A DNA stretch of 64,000 bases. Origin: Candidatus Eiseniibacteriota bacterium. GTDB taxonomy: Bacteria > Eisenbacteria > RBG-16-71-46. Below, one piece after another: positions 9,760 through 19,726 of this stretch; within the stretch, counting starts at the first letter, position 1, and the number at the start of each line of letters is the position of its first letter. The notes below the pieces were generated by a model. That model was not told the origin of the DNA. It searched no databases and was given only the letters and a program-made list of their open reading frames with translations. The stretch is taken from assembly GCA_031370785.1 (NCBI GenBank), contig JANMQY010000107.1:9217-73216 (forward strand), in the 5' to 3' direction. A program made the translations under genes and the position numbers.

Positions 9760-10214
9760 AGGCCTCGGATGTTGTTGACGATGTGGCCGACCAGAAAATT
9801 CCACCACACCACGGCCGCCAGGAATGTCGTGAACGCTCGCCGCGCGGCCGTTTCCGTCGGCTGACGCCAGACCGCCCAATAGGCCGGAAGCAACGCGAGC
9901 CCGATTGCCGCTGCGTGTTCCTTCACTTCGAAGAGCCCGGTCGCCCAAGGCACGTGCGCGTCCAGGTACTGGGCGCGGGCGAACAGGCGGAACGGGAGGT
10001 AGTCGATCGCGCCCAGAAGCACCGTGAGGCAGAACAGGAAGACGATTGCTCGCACGTAGCGTTCCGGGTGGACCGCGCGCAGCGAGTGCCACCACGCGGC
10101 GTGTAGTCCTGACGCCGGCCACCAGAGCGCCAGCGCCTGGTGCGTGACCGCCCCGAGCAGCAGCATGGCGCTCAACCCGTGCAGCACCAGGAACAGCACC
10201 TTGAGGAAGTTCAC
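9756..10214 (-). CDS. Four-TM membrane protein with intramembrane histidines, unknown function
   Basis: [25 protein letters not shown]...FEVKEH...GHIVNN; GTGA overlap with the pckG stop. Confidence 0.75.
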   Translation of the reverse strand: MNFLKVLFLVLHGLSAMLLLGAVTHQALALWWPASGLHAAWWHSLRAVHPERYVRAIVFLFCLTVLLGAIDYLPFRLFARAQYLDAHVPWATGLFEVKEHAAAIGLALLPAYWAVWRQPTETAARRAFTTFLAAVVWWNFLVGHIVNNIRGL

Positions 10215-12019
10215 CGCCGCGCCGAGACTCCGTCCGCCTGGAGTCGCTGCTCCAGCCCGTGCAGCTCTTGCTTCAGGCCCTCGGGCAGCTTCTTGCCGAA
10301 CTTGGCGTAGTGCTTCTTGATGCCGGCCAGCTCCTTCGACCAGCCCTCCGAGTCGACGCGCAGCAGCTCGGCGACGTTCGACTCGGCGAGGTCCAGCCCG
10401 GACAGGTCGAGGGCGCCGGGCGCCGGCACGCGGCCGATCGCGGTGTCCACTGCCTTGCCCGTGCCGGCCACGCGCTCGAACACCCACTTGAGTACCCGGC
10501 TGTTCTCTCCGTAACCCGGCCACAGGAACTTGCCGTCCGCGCCTTTGCGGAACCAGTTCACGTGGAAGATGCGCGGAAGCTTCGCCGGATCGGCGCTCGC
10601 GCCCATCTTCAGCCAGTGCGCGAAATAGTCGCCCATGTGGTAGCCGCAGAACGGCAGCATCGCGAACGGATCGTGGCGCACCGTACCGACCGCGCCGGTC
10701 GCGGCGGCGGTGGTCTCGCTGCTCATGATCGAGCCGAGGAACGTGCCGTGCCGCCACGAGAGCGCCTCGTTCACCAGCGGGATCACCGAAGCGCGCCGGC
10801 CGCCGAACAGGATCGCCGAGATCGGAACGCCGGCCGGGCTCTCCCAGTCGGGCGAGAGCACCGGGCACTGCTTCGCGGGAACCGTGAAGCGAGCGTTGGG
10901 ATGTGCAGCCATGCGGCCGCTCTTCGGGGTCCACGGACGGCGCAGCCAGTCGTTCAGCTCGGGCGGCGGCGCGTCGCTCATCTCCTCCCACCACACGTCG
11001 TTCTCGGGCGTGAGCGCGCAATTGGTGAAGATCGAGTTGGCGCGCGCGGTCTGGATCGCGTTCGGATTGCTCTTCATGCTGGTGCCGGGTGCCACGCCGA
11101 AGAATCCCGCCTCCGGATTGATCGCGTGCAGGCGGCCGTCGCTGCCGAACTTCATCCACGCGATGTCGTCGCCGACGGTTTCGATCTTCCAGCCGCGAAG
11201 CGTCGGATTCAGCATCGCGAGGTTGGTCTTGCCGCAGGCGGAAGGGAACGCTCCCGCGATGAAGATCCTCTTCCCCTCGGGGCTGGTGAGCCCGAGGATC
11301 AGCATGTGCTCGGCCATCCAGCCCTCGTCGTGCGCCTGCACCGAGGCGATGCGCAGTGCGTGGCACTTCTTGCCGAGCAGCGCGTTTCCGCCGTAACCCG
11401 ACCCGTACGACCAGATCTCGCGAGTCTCGGGAAAATGGCAGATGAGCTTGGTGCTCGGGTTGCACGGCCACGGCGAATCCGGGGCGTTGCTCTCGAGCGG
11501 TGCACCCACCGAGTGCAGGCCGCGCACGAACTCGCCATCCGCGCCCAGTATTTCCAGCACCTGCTTCCCGACCCGCGCCATCAGGTGCATGTTGGCGGCG
11601 ACATAGGGCGAGTCGCTCAGCTCCACCCCGATCCTGGCGATGGGCGAGCCGATCGGCCCCATGCTGTACGGAATCACGAACATCACCCGGCCCTTCATCG
11701 AGCCGGCGAAGTGTCCGGCGAGCGTGGCCTTCATCTCGGACGGCTCGCGCCAGTTGTTGGTCGGGCCGGCGTCGTCCTCGCTCTTCGAGCAGATGAAGGT
11801 GAAATCCTCGACGCGCGCGACGTCGGCCGGGTCCGAGCGCACGAACACGCTGTTGGGACGCAGGGCTTCCTCCAGGCGGATCGCGGTGCCCGACTGAACC
11901 ATGAGGTGCAGCATGCTCTGATATTCCTGAGCCGAGCCGTCACACCAGACCACCCGATCCGGCCGGCACAGGGTGGCCATTTCCGAGACCCACGCCTCGA
12001 GCTTCTTGTGCTTCGTCAT
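10211..12019 (-). CDS. pckG: Phosphoenolpyruvate carboxykinase (GTP)
   Basis: [60 protein letters not shown]. Confidence 0.97.
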   Translation of the reverse strand: MTKHKKLEAWVSEMATLCRPDRVVWCDGSAQEYQSMLHLMVQSGTAIRLEEALRPNSVFVRSDPADVARVEDFTFICSKSEDDAGPTNNWREPSEMKATLAGHFAGSMKGRVMFVIPYSMGPIGSPIARIGVELSDSPYVAANMHLMARVGKQVLEILGADGEFVRGLHSVGAPLESNAPDSPWPCNPSTKLICHFPETREIWSYGSGYGGNALLGKKCHALRIASVQAHDEGWMAEHMLILGLTSPEGKRIFIAGAFPSACGKTNLAMLNPTLRGWKIETVGDDIAWMKFGSDGRLHAINPEAGFFGVAPGTSMKSNPNAIQTARANSIFTNCALTPENDVWWEEMSDAPPPELNDWLRRPWTPKSGRMAAHPNARFTVPAKQCPVLSPDWESPAGVPISAILFGGRRASVIPLVNEALSWRHGTFLGSIMSSETTAAATGAVGTVRHDPFAMLPFCGYHMGDYFAHWLKMGASADPAKLPRIFHVNWFRKGADGKFLWPGYGENSRVLKWVFERVAGTGKAVDTAIGRVPAPGALDLSGLDLAESNVAELLRVDSEGWSKELAGIKKHYAKFGKKLPEGLKQELHGLEQRLQADGVSARR

Positions 12020-12222
12020 CGGGATCTGCCTTCGCTTTCCCAGTAGCGGCGTAACGCCGTTCGCGCGATTCCGGAAGGAAACCGCCGAGTTTTCGAGCGG
12101 ACCCAATTGGCGGGCGGATACTAGCGGATTGTCACGCGCCGGCAAAAAAGGTGGCGCGACTCGGGCGATCAGGCCAGGAGGGATGGCGCTGCGCAGGTCG
12201 AGGCGGTGGTCGAGGCGAAGCT

Positions 12223-12741
12223 TCAGGCGGCTTCGCGCCGACTGGTGATCTCGCGCATCTCGACCGCATAGCTCAGCGCGCTGGCCAGCAGCTTGTCGAC
12301 GTCGAGATCGAGGCGGATCTCCTCGTCCTCGACCCGCTCGTCCGGACGGAACGCGAACTTGCCTTCCTGCCACAGTAGCAGACCCAGCACGATGTGACGC
12401 TGAACGGCGAGCACCGCCTCGCGGATCTGATCCTCGGTGAGCGCGCCGCTCTCCACCAGCATGTGCCCGATACGCAGGCCCGGGCGGTCCTGCTGGATCG
12501 CGAGCACGAACTCGATCGCCTCCGGCCTCACTTCACCGCGGCGCACCAGCACGTCACCCACTCGCAGCGTCGCTCCGGTCGAGGTTGCGAACAGCGTGCG
12601 GCCGTCCTCGACGTACAGGTTGATCTTTTCCCTGGCGCGCTCGAACTTGAGGCACCCGGTGACCCGGGCAGCCTGGAGCAGGCGCAGCAGATGCCCGGCG
12701 TTGAAGTGGGACAGTGAGCCGCTGAGGAACAGCGCAGCCAT
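12223..12741 (-). CDS. DUF4388 (PATAN-like) domain protein
   Basis: LSGSLSHF...LLRLL....RVTGCL...[26 protein letters not shown] pattern. Confidence 0.8.
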   Translation of the reverse strand: MAALFLSGSLSHFNAGHLLRLLQAARVTGCLKFERAREKINLYVEDGRTLFATSTGATLRVGDVLVRRGEVRPEAIEFVLAIQQDRPGLRIGHMLVESGALTEDQIREAVLAVQRHIVLGLLLWQEGKFAFRPDERVEDEEIRLDLDVDKLLASALSYAVEMREITSRREAA

Positions 12742-12781
12742 GAGGTTCTCCCCCGAGGAACGTTTCGCGTCTCATCGCGGG

Positions 12782-12809
12782 CTATCGGCTGGATTGGCCG
12801 CGAACTGAA
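12782..12809 (-). promoter_or_regulatory. Putative sigma28 (FliA/WhiG)-type promoter for the DUF4388 gene
   Basis: TTCAG-N15-GCCGATAG, 40 nt upstream of the ATG. Confidence 0.65.
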
Positions 12810-12928
12810 GCGACTTGTCGGGCGGCGTTTCCGCACCCGCCACCCCCCTTGCGTCGCCCTTGGGAGAGGCGCATCTTTTGTGCGTCAACCTATCATCACC
12901 CCCTCAGGCGAGTTCCAGGAGGTCCCGC

Positions 12929-13525
12929 ATGGCGGCCCGCAAGCGCGCGCGTCCATCCCGCAAGCCCAAGACAGCGAGCCGCCGCCCGGCCAGACCCGCA
13001 AAGAAGCGCAAGGCGGGCGGCTCGAGGCGTACTCCGGCGAAGAAGCGTGTGGCGCGCAAGACGCGTCCAGCGGCGAAGTCGTCACGCGCGTCGTCACGGC
13101 GGAGCAGCGCTTCCGCGCGGCCCAGGGCATCCGGGATGGTTCCGAGCGGGATCGGTCTCGTCAACCACCACCTCGACTACACCACCCACGACCTGGCCGC
13201 GGTGCGCCGGTTCTACGTGGAGGTGCTGGGCTTCACTCAGGTCGAGGAGATGCCGGACCTCGAATACATCTCGATTCAGACCGGACCCAGCTCCAGCCTC
13301 GGCTTCTCGCCGCCCATGCCCGGACCGCCCGAGCAATGGCGGCCGCCGCGCGAGCCGGCGCTCTATTTCCGGGTCGAGAACGTGGACCGGGCGCATCAGC
13401 GGCTGGCCGCAAAGGGTGTAACGTTCGAGCAGTCCCCCACCGACATGCCGTGGGGCCACCGCGTGGCGATCCTGCGAGATCCCGAGGGGCGTGCCGTGTA
13501 TCTGGCGCACGACCTCCAGCGCTGA
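12929..13525 (+). CDS. VOC/glyoxalase family protein with long Arg/Lys/Ser-rich N-terminal extension
   Basis: RBS AGGAGG; FYVEVLGF, LYFRVENVD, PTDMPWG.R....RDPEG. Confidence 0.85.
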   Translation: MAARKRARPSRKPKTASRRPARPAKKRKAGGSRRTPAKKRVARKTRPAAKSSRASSRRSSASARPRASGMVPSGIGLVNHHLDYTTHDLAAVRRFYVEVLGFTQVEEMPDLEYISIQTGPSSSLGFSPPMPGPPEQWRPPREPALYFRVENVDRAHQRLAAKGVTFEQSPTDMPWGHRVAILRDPEGRAVYLAHDLQR

Positions 13526-13547
13526 TCCCTTAGGGCGAGGAACTGAC

Positions 13548-14690
13548 ATGGCGATTCGTGCCGAAAAACTCCGCGCGCTCGGGCAGAGCGTGTGGCTCGA
13601 CTTCATCCGCCGCCGATATCTTGTCTCCGGCGAGTTCGATCGCGTGGTGCGCGAGCAGGGCGTGGTCGGCGTGACCTCGAACCCCACCATCTTCCAGCAG
13701 GCGATCGCGACCAGTGACGACTACGACGGAGGAATCGCGACCCGCTCCGCAGAAGGCCTTTCCGGCACGGCGCTGTTCGAGGCGCTCGCGGTCGAGGACA
13801 TCCAGAACGCGTGCGACCGGCTGCGCACGGTGTTCGAGCATACGCACGGCCTCGATGGGCGGGTGAGCATCGAGGTCAATCCCAAGCTCGCGCACGACAC
13901 CGCCGGCAGCATCGAAGAGGGCCGCCGCCTGCGCCGCGTGGTCGGCCGCGACAACGTCATGATCAAGGTGCCCGCCACGCCAGAAGGCCTGCCCGCGATC
14001 ACCGAGCTGACCGCCGAAGGCGTGAGCGTGAACGTGACCCTGATCTTCTCGATCGCGCGCTACGAGGAGGTCATGGATGCCTACCTGCTCGGGCTCGAGC
14101 GCCGGAGCGCCAAGGGCCTCGCGCTCGAATCGATCTACTCGGTGGCCTCGTTCTTCGTCTCGCGGGTCGACACCAAGGTGGACGCGGCCATCGATGCCGC
14201 AGTCGCGACCCTGCCCGCGGGCGCCGGCGAGCGGAAGGAACTGGCCACGCTCAAGGGCAGGGCCGCGATCGCAAACGCGCGGCTGGCCTACGCGCGCTTC
14301 CGCAGCGTGTTCACATCGGCGCGCTTCAAGCCGCTCGCGACGCGGGGAGGCCACCTGCAGCGGCCGCTGTGGGCCTCGACCAGCACCAAGAACCCGGCCT
14401 ACCCGGACACAATGTACGTGGACGAGCTGATCGGGCCGGACACGGTGAACACCATGCCGCCCGCGACGCTGCTCGCCTACAACGACCACGGCTCGCTCGA
14501 GCCGCGGATCGAACACGATCTCGAAGGCGCGCGCGCGCTGTTCGCGCGCCTGCCAGCGCTGGGTGTGCCGATCGAGCGCCTCATCGACCAGCTCGAGGGC
14601 GAGGGCGTCGCGGCGTTCGCGAAGTCCTTCGATCAGCTGCTCGACGCGCTGAACCAAAAGCGCGCGGCGCTGATCGCACGCGCTCGATGA
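13548..14690 (+). CDS. tal: Transaldolase (large, actinobacterial/plant-like type)
   Basis: GQSVWLD, GVTSNPTIF, VSIEV, MIKVPAT, NVTLIFS, ASFFVSRVD, QRPLWASTSTK, TVNTMP. Confidence 0.95.
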   Translation: MAIRAEKLRALGQSVWLDFIRRRYLVSGEFDRVVREQGVVGVTSNPTIFQQAIATSDDYDGGIATRSAEGLSGTALFEALAVEDIQNACDRLRTVFEHTHGLDGRVSIEVNPKLAHDTAGSIEEGRRLRRVVGRDNVMIKVPATPEGLPAITELTAEGVSVNVTLIFSIARYEEVMDAYLLGLERRSAKGLALESIYSVASFFVSRVDTKVDAAIDAAVATLPAGAGERKELATLKGRAAIANARLAYARFRSVFTSARFKPLATRGGHLQRPLWASTSTKNPAYPDTMYVDELIGPDTVNTMPPATLLAYNDHGSLEPRIEHDLEGARALFARLPALGVPIERLIDQLEGEGVAAFAKSFDQLLDALNQKRAALIARAR

Positions 14691-16426
14691 CCGCGGTTCC
14701 CACCGGACTACGCATGGCCGGGGGCCTCGATTCCGCCGCACTCGAGCGCAGGCTCACCACACTCGGCATCCAGCACTTCGCCGCCCGCCTGTGGGCACAC
14801 GACGACGCACTGTGGGGCGACGATCCGGTGCACCGCGCGGTGGCCGCGAACCGACTGGGCTGGATCGACTCGCCCGGGAAGATGCGCGACTCGATCGACG
14901 ACCTGCGCGCATTCGCCGCGGAAGTGGTCGAGTTCGGCTTCACCCACGTCGTGCTGCTCGGTATGGGTGGCTCGAGCCTCGCGCCCGAGGTGCTGCGCCG
15001 CACGTTCGGAGTCGCGACCGACGGGCTCGAGCTGACCGTGCTCGACAACACCTCGCCCGCTGCGGTGCGCGCGATCGACCGATCGCACGATCCGAAGCGC
15101 ACGCTGTTCGTGGTCTCGAGCAAATCGGGCGGCACCATCGAAGTGAGCTCGTTCGAGAAGCACTTCTTCGAATGGGTCGGCGCGGTGCGAGGCGCCTCCG
15201 CCGGGCAGTCGTTCGTCGCGATCACGGATCCGCACACCTCGCTAGAGGTGCTGGCCGGGAATCGCGCATACCGCCGCACGTTCCTGAATCCGCCCGACAT
15301 CGGCGGACGCTACAGCGCGCTCTCCTACTTCGGCATGGTTCCGGCCGCGCTGATCGGCGCCGATCTCGACGCCCTGCTCGCCGGCGCGCTCGACGAGGCG
15401 GAGCGAAGCGGTCCAAAGGTTCCGGCGCGCTCCAGCCCCGGCATCGCGCTCGGCGCCGCGCTCGGCGAGCTGGCGCTGGCGGGGCGCGACAAGCTCACTC
15501 TGGTGCTCGGCGGCGGGCTCGAGCCCTTGGGCGTGTGGATCGAGCAGCTGGTCGCCGAGAGCACGGGCAAGAACGGACGCGGCATCGTGCCGATAGCCGA
15601 TGAGCCGCTGGCCGGGCCCCAGGCCTACGGCGACGATCGCGTGTTCGTGTCGATTCATGCCGGCGCGCGAAACCCCGCGATCGATTCGAAGCTCGACGCG
15701 CTCGAGCGGGCCGGACATCCGGTCCTGCGCGCGACCCGCGCCACGGTCGAGGAGCTGGGCGGCGAGTTCCTGCGCTGGGAGATCGCGACCGCCACCGCGG
15801 GCGCGGTGCTGCAGGTGGACCCGTTCGACGAGCCGAACGTGAGCGAGGCCAAGCAGACGACCCAGGCGCAGCTCAAGTATTTCCTCGATCGCGGAGCATT
15901 CGTCGAGCCCACCCCGGTGTCGACCGGGAACCCGGTCGCGTACGCACCGGCCGCGATCGCCGAGATGCTGATCCCGCGGCTCGAGGGCAACACCAGCGCC
16001 ACGGCATGGGTCGCCGCGTTGCTGAGCCTGGCAAAGCCCGGCGACTACTTCGCGGTTCTGGCCTTCCTGCATCGCACTCCCGAGCGACACGAAAAGCTCG
16101 AGAGGCTGCGCCTCGCGGTGCGATCCGCGACCCGCCTCGCCACCACCCTCGGCTACGGCCCGCGCTACCTGCACTCGACCGGCCAGCTGCACAAGGGCGG
16201 CCCCAACACCGGAATCTTCCTGCAGATCACCGGCGAGGAAGGCGAGGACCTGCCGATTCCGGGCGAGCGCTACGGGTTCGCGGCGCTGCGTCACGCCCAG
16301 GCGAACGGCGACTACGAGGTGCTCGAGCGCCGCGGGCGCCGCCTGATGCGCGTGCACCTGGGGACCGATCTGGATCGCGGGCTCGACGATCTGATCGCCG
16401 CGCTCGAGAGTCACGCACGCGCCTGA
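14687..16426 (+). CDS. pgi: Glucose-6-phosphate isomerase (type related to the PGI half of Tal-Pgi fusions)
   Basis: NRLGW, LGMGGSSL, SSKSGGTIE, IGGRYSALS, EQLVAESTGK, PFDEPNV, HSTGQLHKGG; ATGA overlap with tal. Confidence 0.92.
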   Translation: MTAVPTGLRMAGGLDSAALERRLTTLGIQHFAARLWAHDDALWGDDPVHRAVAANRLGWIDSPGKMRDSIDDLRAFAAEVVEFGFTHVVLLGMGGSSLAPEVLRRTFGVATDGLELTVLDNTSPAAVRAIDRSHDPKRTLFVVSSKSGGTIEVSSFEKHFFEWVGAVRGASAGQSFVAITDPHTSLEVLAGNRAYRRTFLNPPDIGGRYSALSYFGMVPAALIGADLDALLAGALDEAERSGPKVPARSSPGIALGAALGELALAGRDKLTLVLGGGLEPLGVWIEQLVAESTGKNGRGIVPIADEPLAGPQAYGDDRVFVSIHAGARNPAIDSKLDALERAGHPVLRATRATVEELGGEFLRWEIATATAGAVLQVDPFDEPNVSEAKQTTQAQLKYFLDRGAFVEPTPVSTGNPVAYAPAAIAEMLIPRLEGNTSATAWVAALLSLAKPGDYFAVLAFLHRTPERHEKLERLRLAVRSATRLATTLGYGPRYLHSTGQLHKGGPNTGIFLQITGEEGEDLPIPGERYGFAALRHAQANGDYEVLERRGRRLMRVHLGTDLDRGLDDLIAALESHARA

Positions 16427-16445
16427 GGGAGGCGTGCGGCAGACG

Positions 16446-17474
16446 TCACTCGCCTGAGGCCGTGCCGCGCATCAGCTCGAGCGCCGCGGACAGGTCCACG
16501 TTTCCGCCCGAGAGAATGACGCCGACCCTGCTGCCGCGCGCTTCGATCGCGCCACTCATGAGCGCCGCGAGCCCGAGCACCCCGGTCGGCTCGACGATCA
16601 GCTTCATCCGCTCCCACACGAAGCGCATGGCGTCGACCAGCGCCGCATCGGGCACGCTGATCACGTCGCTCACGTGACGGCGGATGATCCCGAAGGTCAG
16701 CGGCCCGAGCGAAGGCGTGCGGGCCCCGTCCGCGATGGTCTCGGGGTGCTCGACCCGCTCGAGGCGCCCGCTGCGGAACGACCGCACCCCGTCGTCCCCT
16801 GCGGCGGGCTCGACTCCGATCACGCGGCACGATGGGCTCGCGTGCTGCGCGGCGAGCGCCGAGCCGGACAGCAATCCTCCGCCTCCGAGCGGCACCAGCA
16901 GCAGATCAAGCGTCCCTAAATCCTCGAACAGCTCGAGCGCGGCGGTGCCCTGACCGGTCAGGATGTCGATGTGGTTGAAGGGCGGCACCAGCGTTCGCCC
17001 GCTCTCGCGCGCGAGACGCCCGGCGAGCCCGTCACGCGCCTCCCCGACCTGATCGTAGAAGACGACTTCGGCGCCATAGCCGCGCGTCGCCGCGAGCTTC
17101 GCGGCCGGCGCCCAGCTCGGCATCACGATGGTCGCCGGGACGCCGAACTCGCGCGCGACCAGCGCCACCGCCTGCGCGTGGTTGCCGGACGAGAACGCCA
17201 CCACCCCGCGTGCGCGCACTTCGGGCGCGAGACGCGAGATCATGTGGTACGCGCCGCGGAACTTGAAGGCGCCCATGCGCTGCAGGTTCTCGCACTTGAG
17301 CGCGACCAACGCTCCCAGGCGTGCATCCAGGTTCCGCGAGCGCGCGATCGGGGTGCGATGCGCGACGCCGTGCAGGCGCTCGCGCGCTTCGAGTAGACGC
17401 TCGATCAGCGCCCGGGTCTCTGGCATCGGATCGAACGGCGCGTCGGCCGCGGCGCTGTTCGCGGGATCGCTCAT
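16446..17474 (-). CDS. PLP-dependent serine/threonine dehydratase family (threo-3-hydroxyaspartate ammonia-lyase-like)
   Basis: KCENLQRMGAFKFRGA, SSGNHAQ, PLGGGGLLSG, VEPTG, SGGN. Confidence 0.9.
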   Translation of the reverse strand: MSDPANSAAADAPFDPMPETRALIERLLEARERLHGVAHRTPIARSRNLDARLGALVALKCENLQRMGAFKFRGAYHMISRLAPEVRARGVVAFSSGNHAQAVALVAREFGVPATIVMPSWAPAAKLAATRGYGAEVVFYDQVGEARDGLAGRLARESGRTLVPPFNHIDILTGQGTAALELFEDLGTLDLLLVPLGGGGLLSGSALAAQHASPSCRVIGVEPAAGDDGVRSFRSGRLERVEHPETIADGARTPSLGPLTFGIIRRHVSDVISVPDAALVDAMRFVWERMKLIVEPTGVLGLAALMSGAIEARGSRVGVILSGGNVDLSAALELMRGTASGE

Positions 17475-17481
17475 CTTAGGT

Positions 17482-18879
17482 TCAGCCGCCCGCGCTGCCG
17501 CCGGGCTCCAGGCCCGGACGGGTCTGGCGCGCCGGATCGAGCGCTTCGTCGATCTCCTCTGGCGAGAGTTTGGTCATCTCGCGTGCCAGCTCGCGCACCT
17601 GGCGTTTCTCCTTGAAAGCGCGCTTGGCGATTTCGGCCGCCTTGTCGTAGCCGATCAGCGGGTTCAGTGCGGTCGCCATGCTCGGCGAGATCTCGACGTA
17701 GCTGCGGCAGGTCTCGGCATTCGCCACCATGCCAGCCAGCGACTTGTCGGCAAAGGCGCGCGACGCGTTGGCGAGCAGACGGATGCTCTCGAGCAGGTTG
17801 CGGGTCATCACCGGCAGCATGGTGTTGAGCTCGAGCTGGCCCCACTGCGCGCCGACCGTGATCGCGACGTGGTTGCCCATCACCTGCGCGCCCACCTGGA
17901 TCACCGCCTCGCAGATCACCGGGTTGACCTTGCCGGGCATGATGCTCGAGCCGGGCTGGATCGCGGGCAGCGTCACTTCGCCGAGGCCGCAGCGCGGTCC
18001 GCTGTTCAACAGCCGCACGTCGTTTGCGATCTTCATCAGGCTCGCCGCCACCGAGTTGAGCGCGGCGCTCGCCCACAGCGCGCCGTCCTGCGCTCCCTGC
18101 GCCTCGAAGTGGTTGCGCGCCTCGCGGAACGGGAGCCGGGTGCGGCTCGCGATCTCGGCGGCCATGCGCGCGCCGAATTCGGGATGGGTGTTGAGTCCGG
18201 TGCCCACCGCGGTGCCACCGATCGCCAGCTCGCACAGATCGGGCAGGGTCGCGCGCACACGCTCGATCGAGTGCTCGACCTGCGAGGCGTAGCCCGAGAA
18301 CTCCTGCCCGAGCCGGATCGGAGTCGCGTCCATCAGGTGGGTGCGCCCGGTCTTGATGACCTCGTGAAAGTCGCGGGAGCGGGCCTCGAGCACGCCTTTC
18401 AGGTGCTCGAGCGCCGGTAGGAGCTGCTTGTCGAGCGCGATCGCCGCCGAAAGGTGCAGCGCCGCCGGGATCACGTCGTTGCTGCTCTGGCCGAAGTTGA
18501 CGTGATCGTTCGGGTGGACGCTGCGACCCAGGATCTCCGAGGCGCGATTCGCGATCACCTCGTTCGCGTTCATGTTCGTGCTGGTGCCGCTGCCGGTCTG
18601 AAAGACATCGATCGGGAACTCGGCGTCCCATTTTCCTTCGGCCACTTCGCCGGCGGCCTGCTCGATCGCCTTTGCGACATCCTTCTCGATCAGCCCGAGC
18701 GATGCGTTGACCCGCGCCGCGGTCTGCTTGATGAGCCCAAGCGCGTGGATGAACTCCGCCGGCATCGGCTGCCCCGAAATCGGGAAGTTGTCGATCGCGC
18801 GCTGAGTCTGCGGACCGTAGCGTGCGCGCGCCGAAACTTTCATCTCTCCGAGGCTGTCCTTCTCGATGCGATAGTCCAT
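17482..18879 (-). CDS. fumC: Class II fumarate hydratase
   Basis: RIEKDSLG, QTGSGTSTNMNANEV, HPNDHVN, GRTHLMDA, GSSIMPGKVNP. Confidence 0.93.
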   Translation of the reverse strand: MDYRIEKDSLGEMKVSARARYGPQTQRAIDNFPISGQPMPAEFIHALGLIKQTAARVNASLGLIEKDVAKAIEQAAGEVAEGKWDAEFPIDVFQTGSGTSTNMNANEVIANRASEILGRSVHPNDHVNFGQSSNDVIPAALHLSAAIALDKQLLPALEHLKGVLEARSRDFHEVIKTGRTHLMDATPIRLGQEFSGYASQVEHSIERVRATLPDLCELAIGGTAVGTGLNTHPEFGARMAAEIASRTRLPFREARNHFEAQGAQDGALWASAALNSVAASLMKIANDVRLLNSGPRCGLGEVTLPAIQPGSSIMPGKVNPVICEAVIQVGAQVMGNHVAITVGAQWGQLELNTMLPVMTRNLLESIRLLANASRAFADKSLAGMVANAETCRSYVEISPSMATALNPLIGYDKAAEIAKRAFKEKRQVRELAREMTKLSPEEIDEALDPARQTRPGLEPGGSAGG

Positions 18880-19289
18880 CAGCTTCTCCTCTGCGAACGA
18901 TTGAGCCACTCGAAGCCACAAAGCTCGACCCGATGATCGTCGGGGTCGCTGAAATAGATCGAGTCGGCGGCCCAGCCCTCGAACGTGATCGGCCCCTCGA
19001 CGGCGAGCCCGAGCGATTCGAGCCGCGACTTTTCGCCAGGCACGTCCTCGCGCGCGATCGCGATCGCAAAGTGCGCCGGCCCGCCGCAGTGCGCCGCTCC
19101 GTACGAGAGAGGCTTTGCGGTGAGTCCGAGCCGCGGCGGTTGCCCGGGCGCCCCGGTCCACAGCCAGGTCCACGTCCCGCTCGGCCGGCTCTCGATCGCG
19201 AGACCGACGACGTCGTGATAGAACGCGGTCGAGCGCTCGACGTCGGCGACGCGCAGGATCAGCTCGGAGAGGCCGTGCCGGCCGGTCAT
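18879..19289 (-). CDS. VOC/glyoxalase family protein
   Basis: LRVADVERSTAFYHDVVG, HFAI, SIYFSDPDDHRVE; overlaps both neighbours. Confidence 0.85.
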   Translation of the reverse strand: MTGRHGLSELILRVADVERSTAFYHDVVGLAIESRPSGTWTWLWTGAPGQPPRLGLTAKPLSYGAAHCGGPAHFAIAIAREDVPGEKSRLESLGLAVEGPITFEGWAADSIYFSDPDDHRVELCGFEWLNRSQRRS

Positions 19290-19726
19290 GGAGCCACTTC
19301 CGGCCCGGGTGTCGCCGGCAGGATCTCCCAGCGGCTGACGATCGGGATGTCGGTGCGCAGCGAATGATGGACCGAGCAGTACTTGGTCTCGCTCAGACGG
19401 ATCGCCTCCTCGAGCGCGAGTGCGGTCACGTTGCCGCGCACCCGGTGCAGGATCTCGATCTTCTTGAACGAGCGCGGATGCTCGGCATGCCGCTCGCCGG
19501 TGAGGCTCACTTCGTAGCCGGTCACCTGCAGGCGCTTCTTCCTCAAGATGCCGATCACGTCCATGCCCTCGCACGCTCCGAGCGCGGCAAGAACGGTCTC
19601 GACCGGGTCCGGTCCGGTCATGCCGGCGCCGCTGTCGAAGATCAACTGCTGCCCGCTCCCGCAGCGTGCGAGAAAGCGCAAGCCCGTCGGGCCGCCGTCA
19701 TGGATCAGGACCGCAGTGGTGCTCAT
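19286..19726 (-). CDS. OsmC family protein (YhfA-like)
   Basis: P.E..LAALGAC...DV..IL.K and LSETKYCSV two-cysteine pattern; ATGA overlaps. Confidence 0.88.
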   Translation of the reverse strand: MSTTAVLIHDGGPTGLRFLARCGSGQQLIFDSGAGMTGPDPVETVLAALGACEGMDVIGILRKKRLQVTGYEVSLTGERHAEHPRSFKKIEILHRVRGNVTALALEEAIRLSETKYCSVHHSLRTDIPIVSRWEILPATPGPEVAP

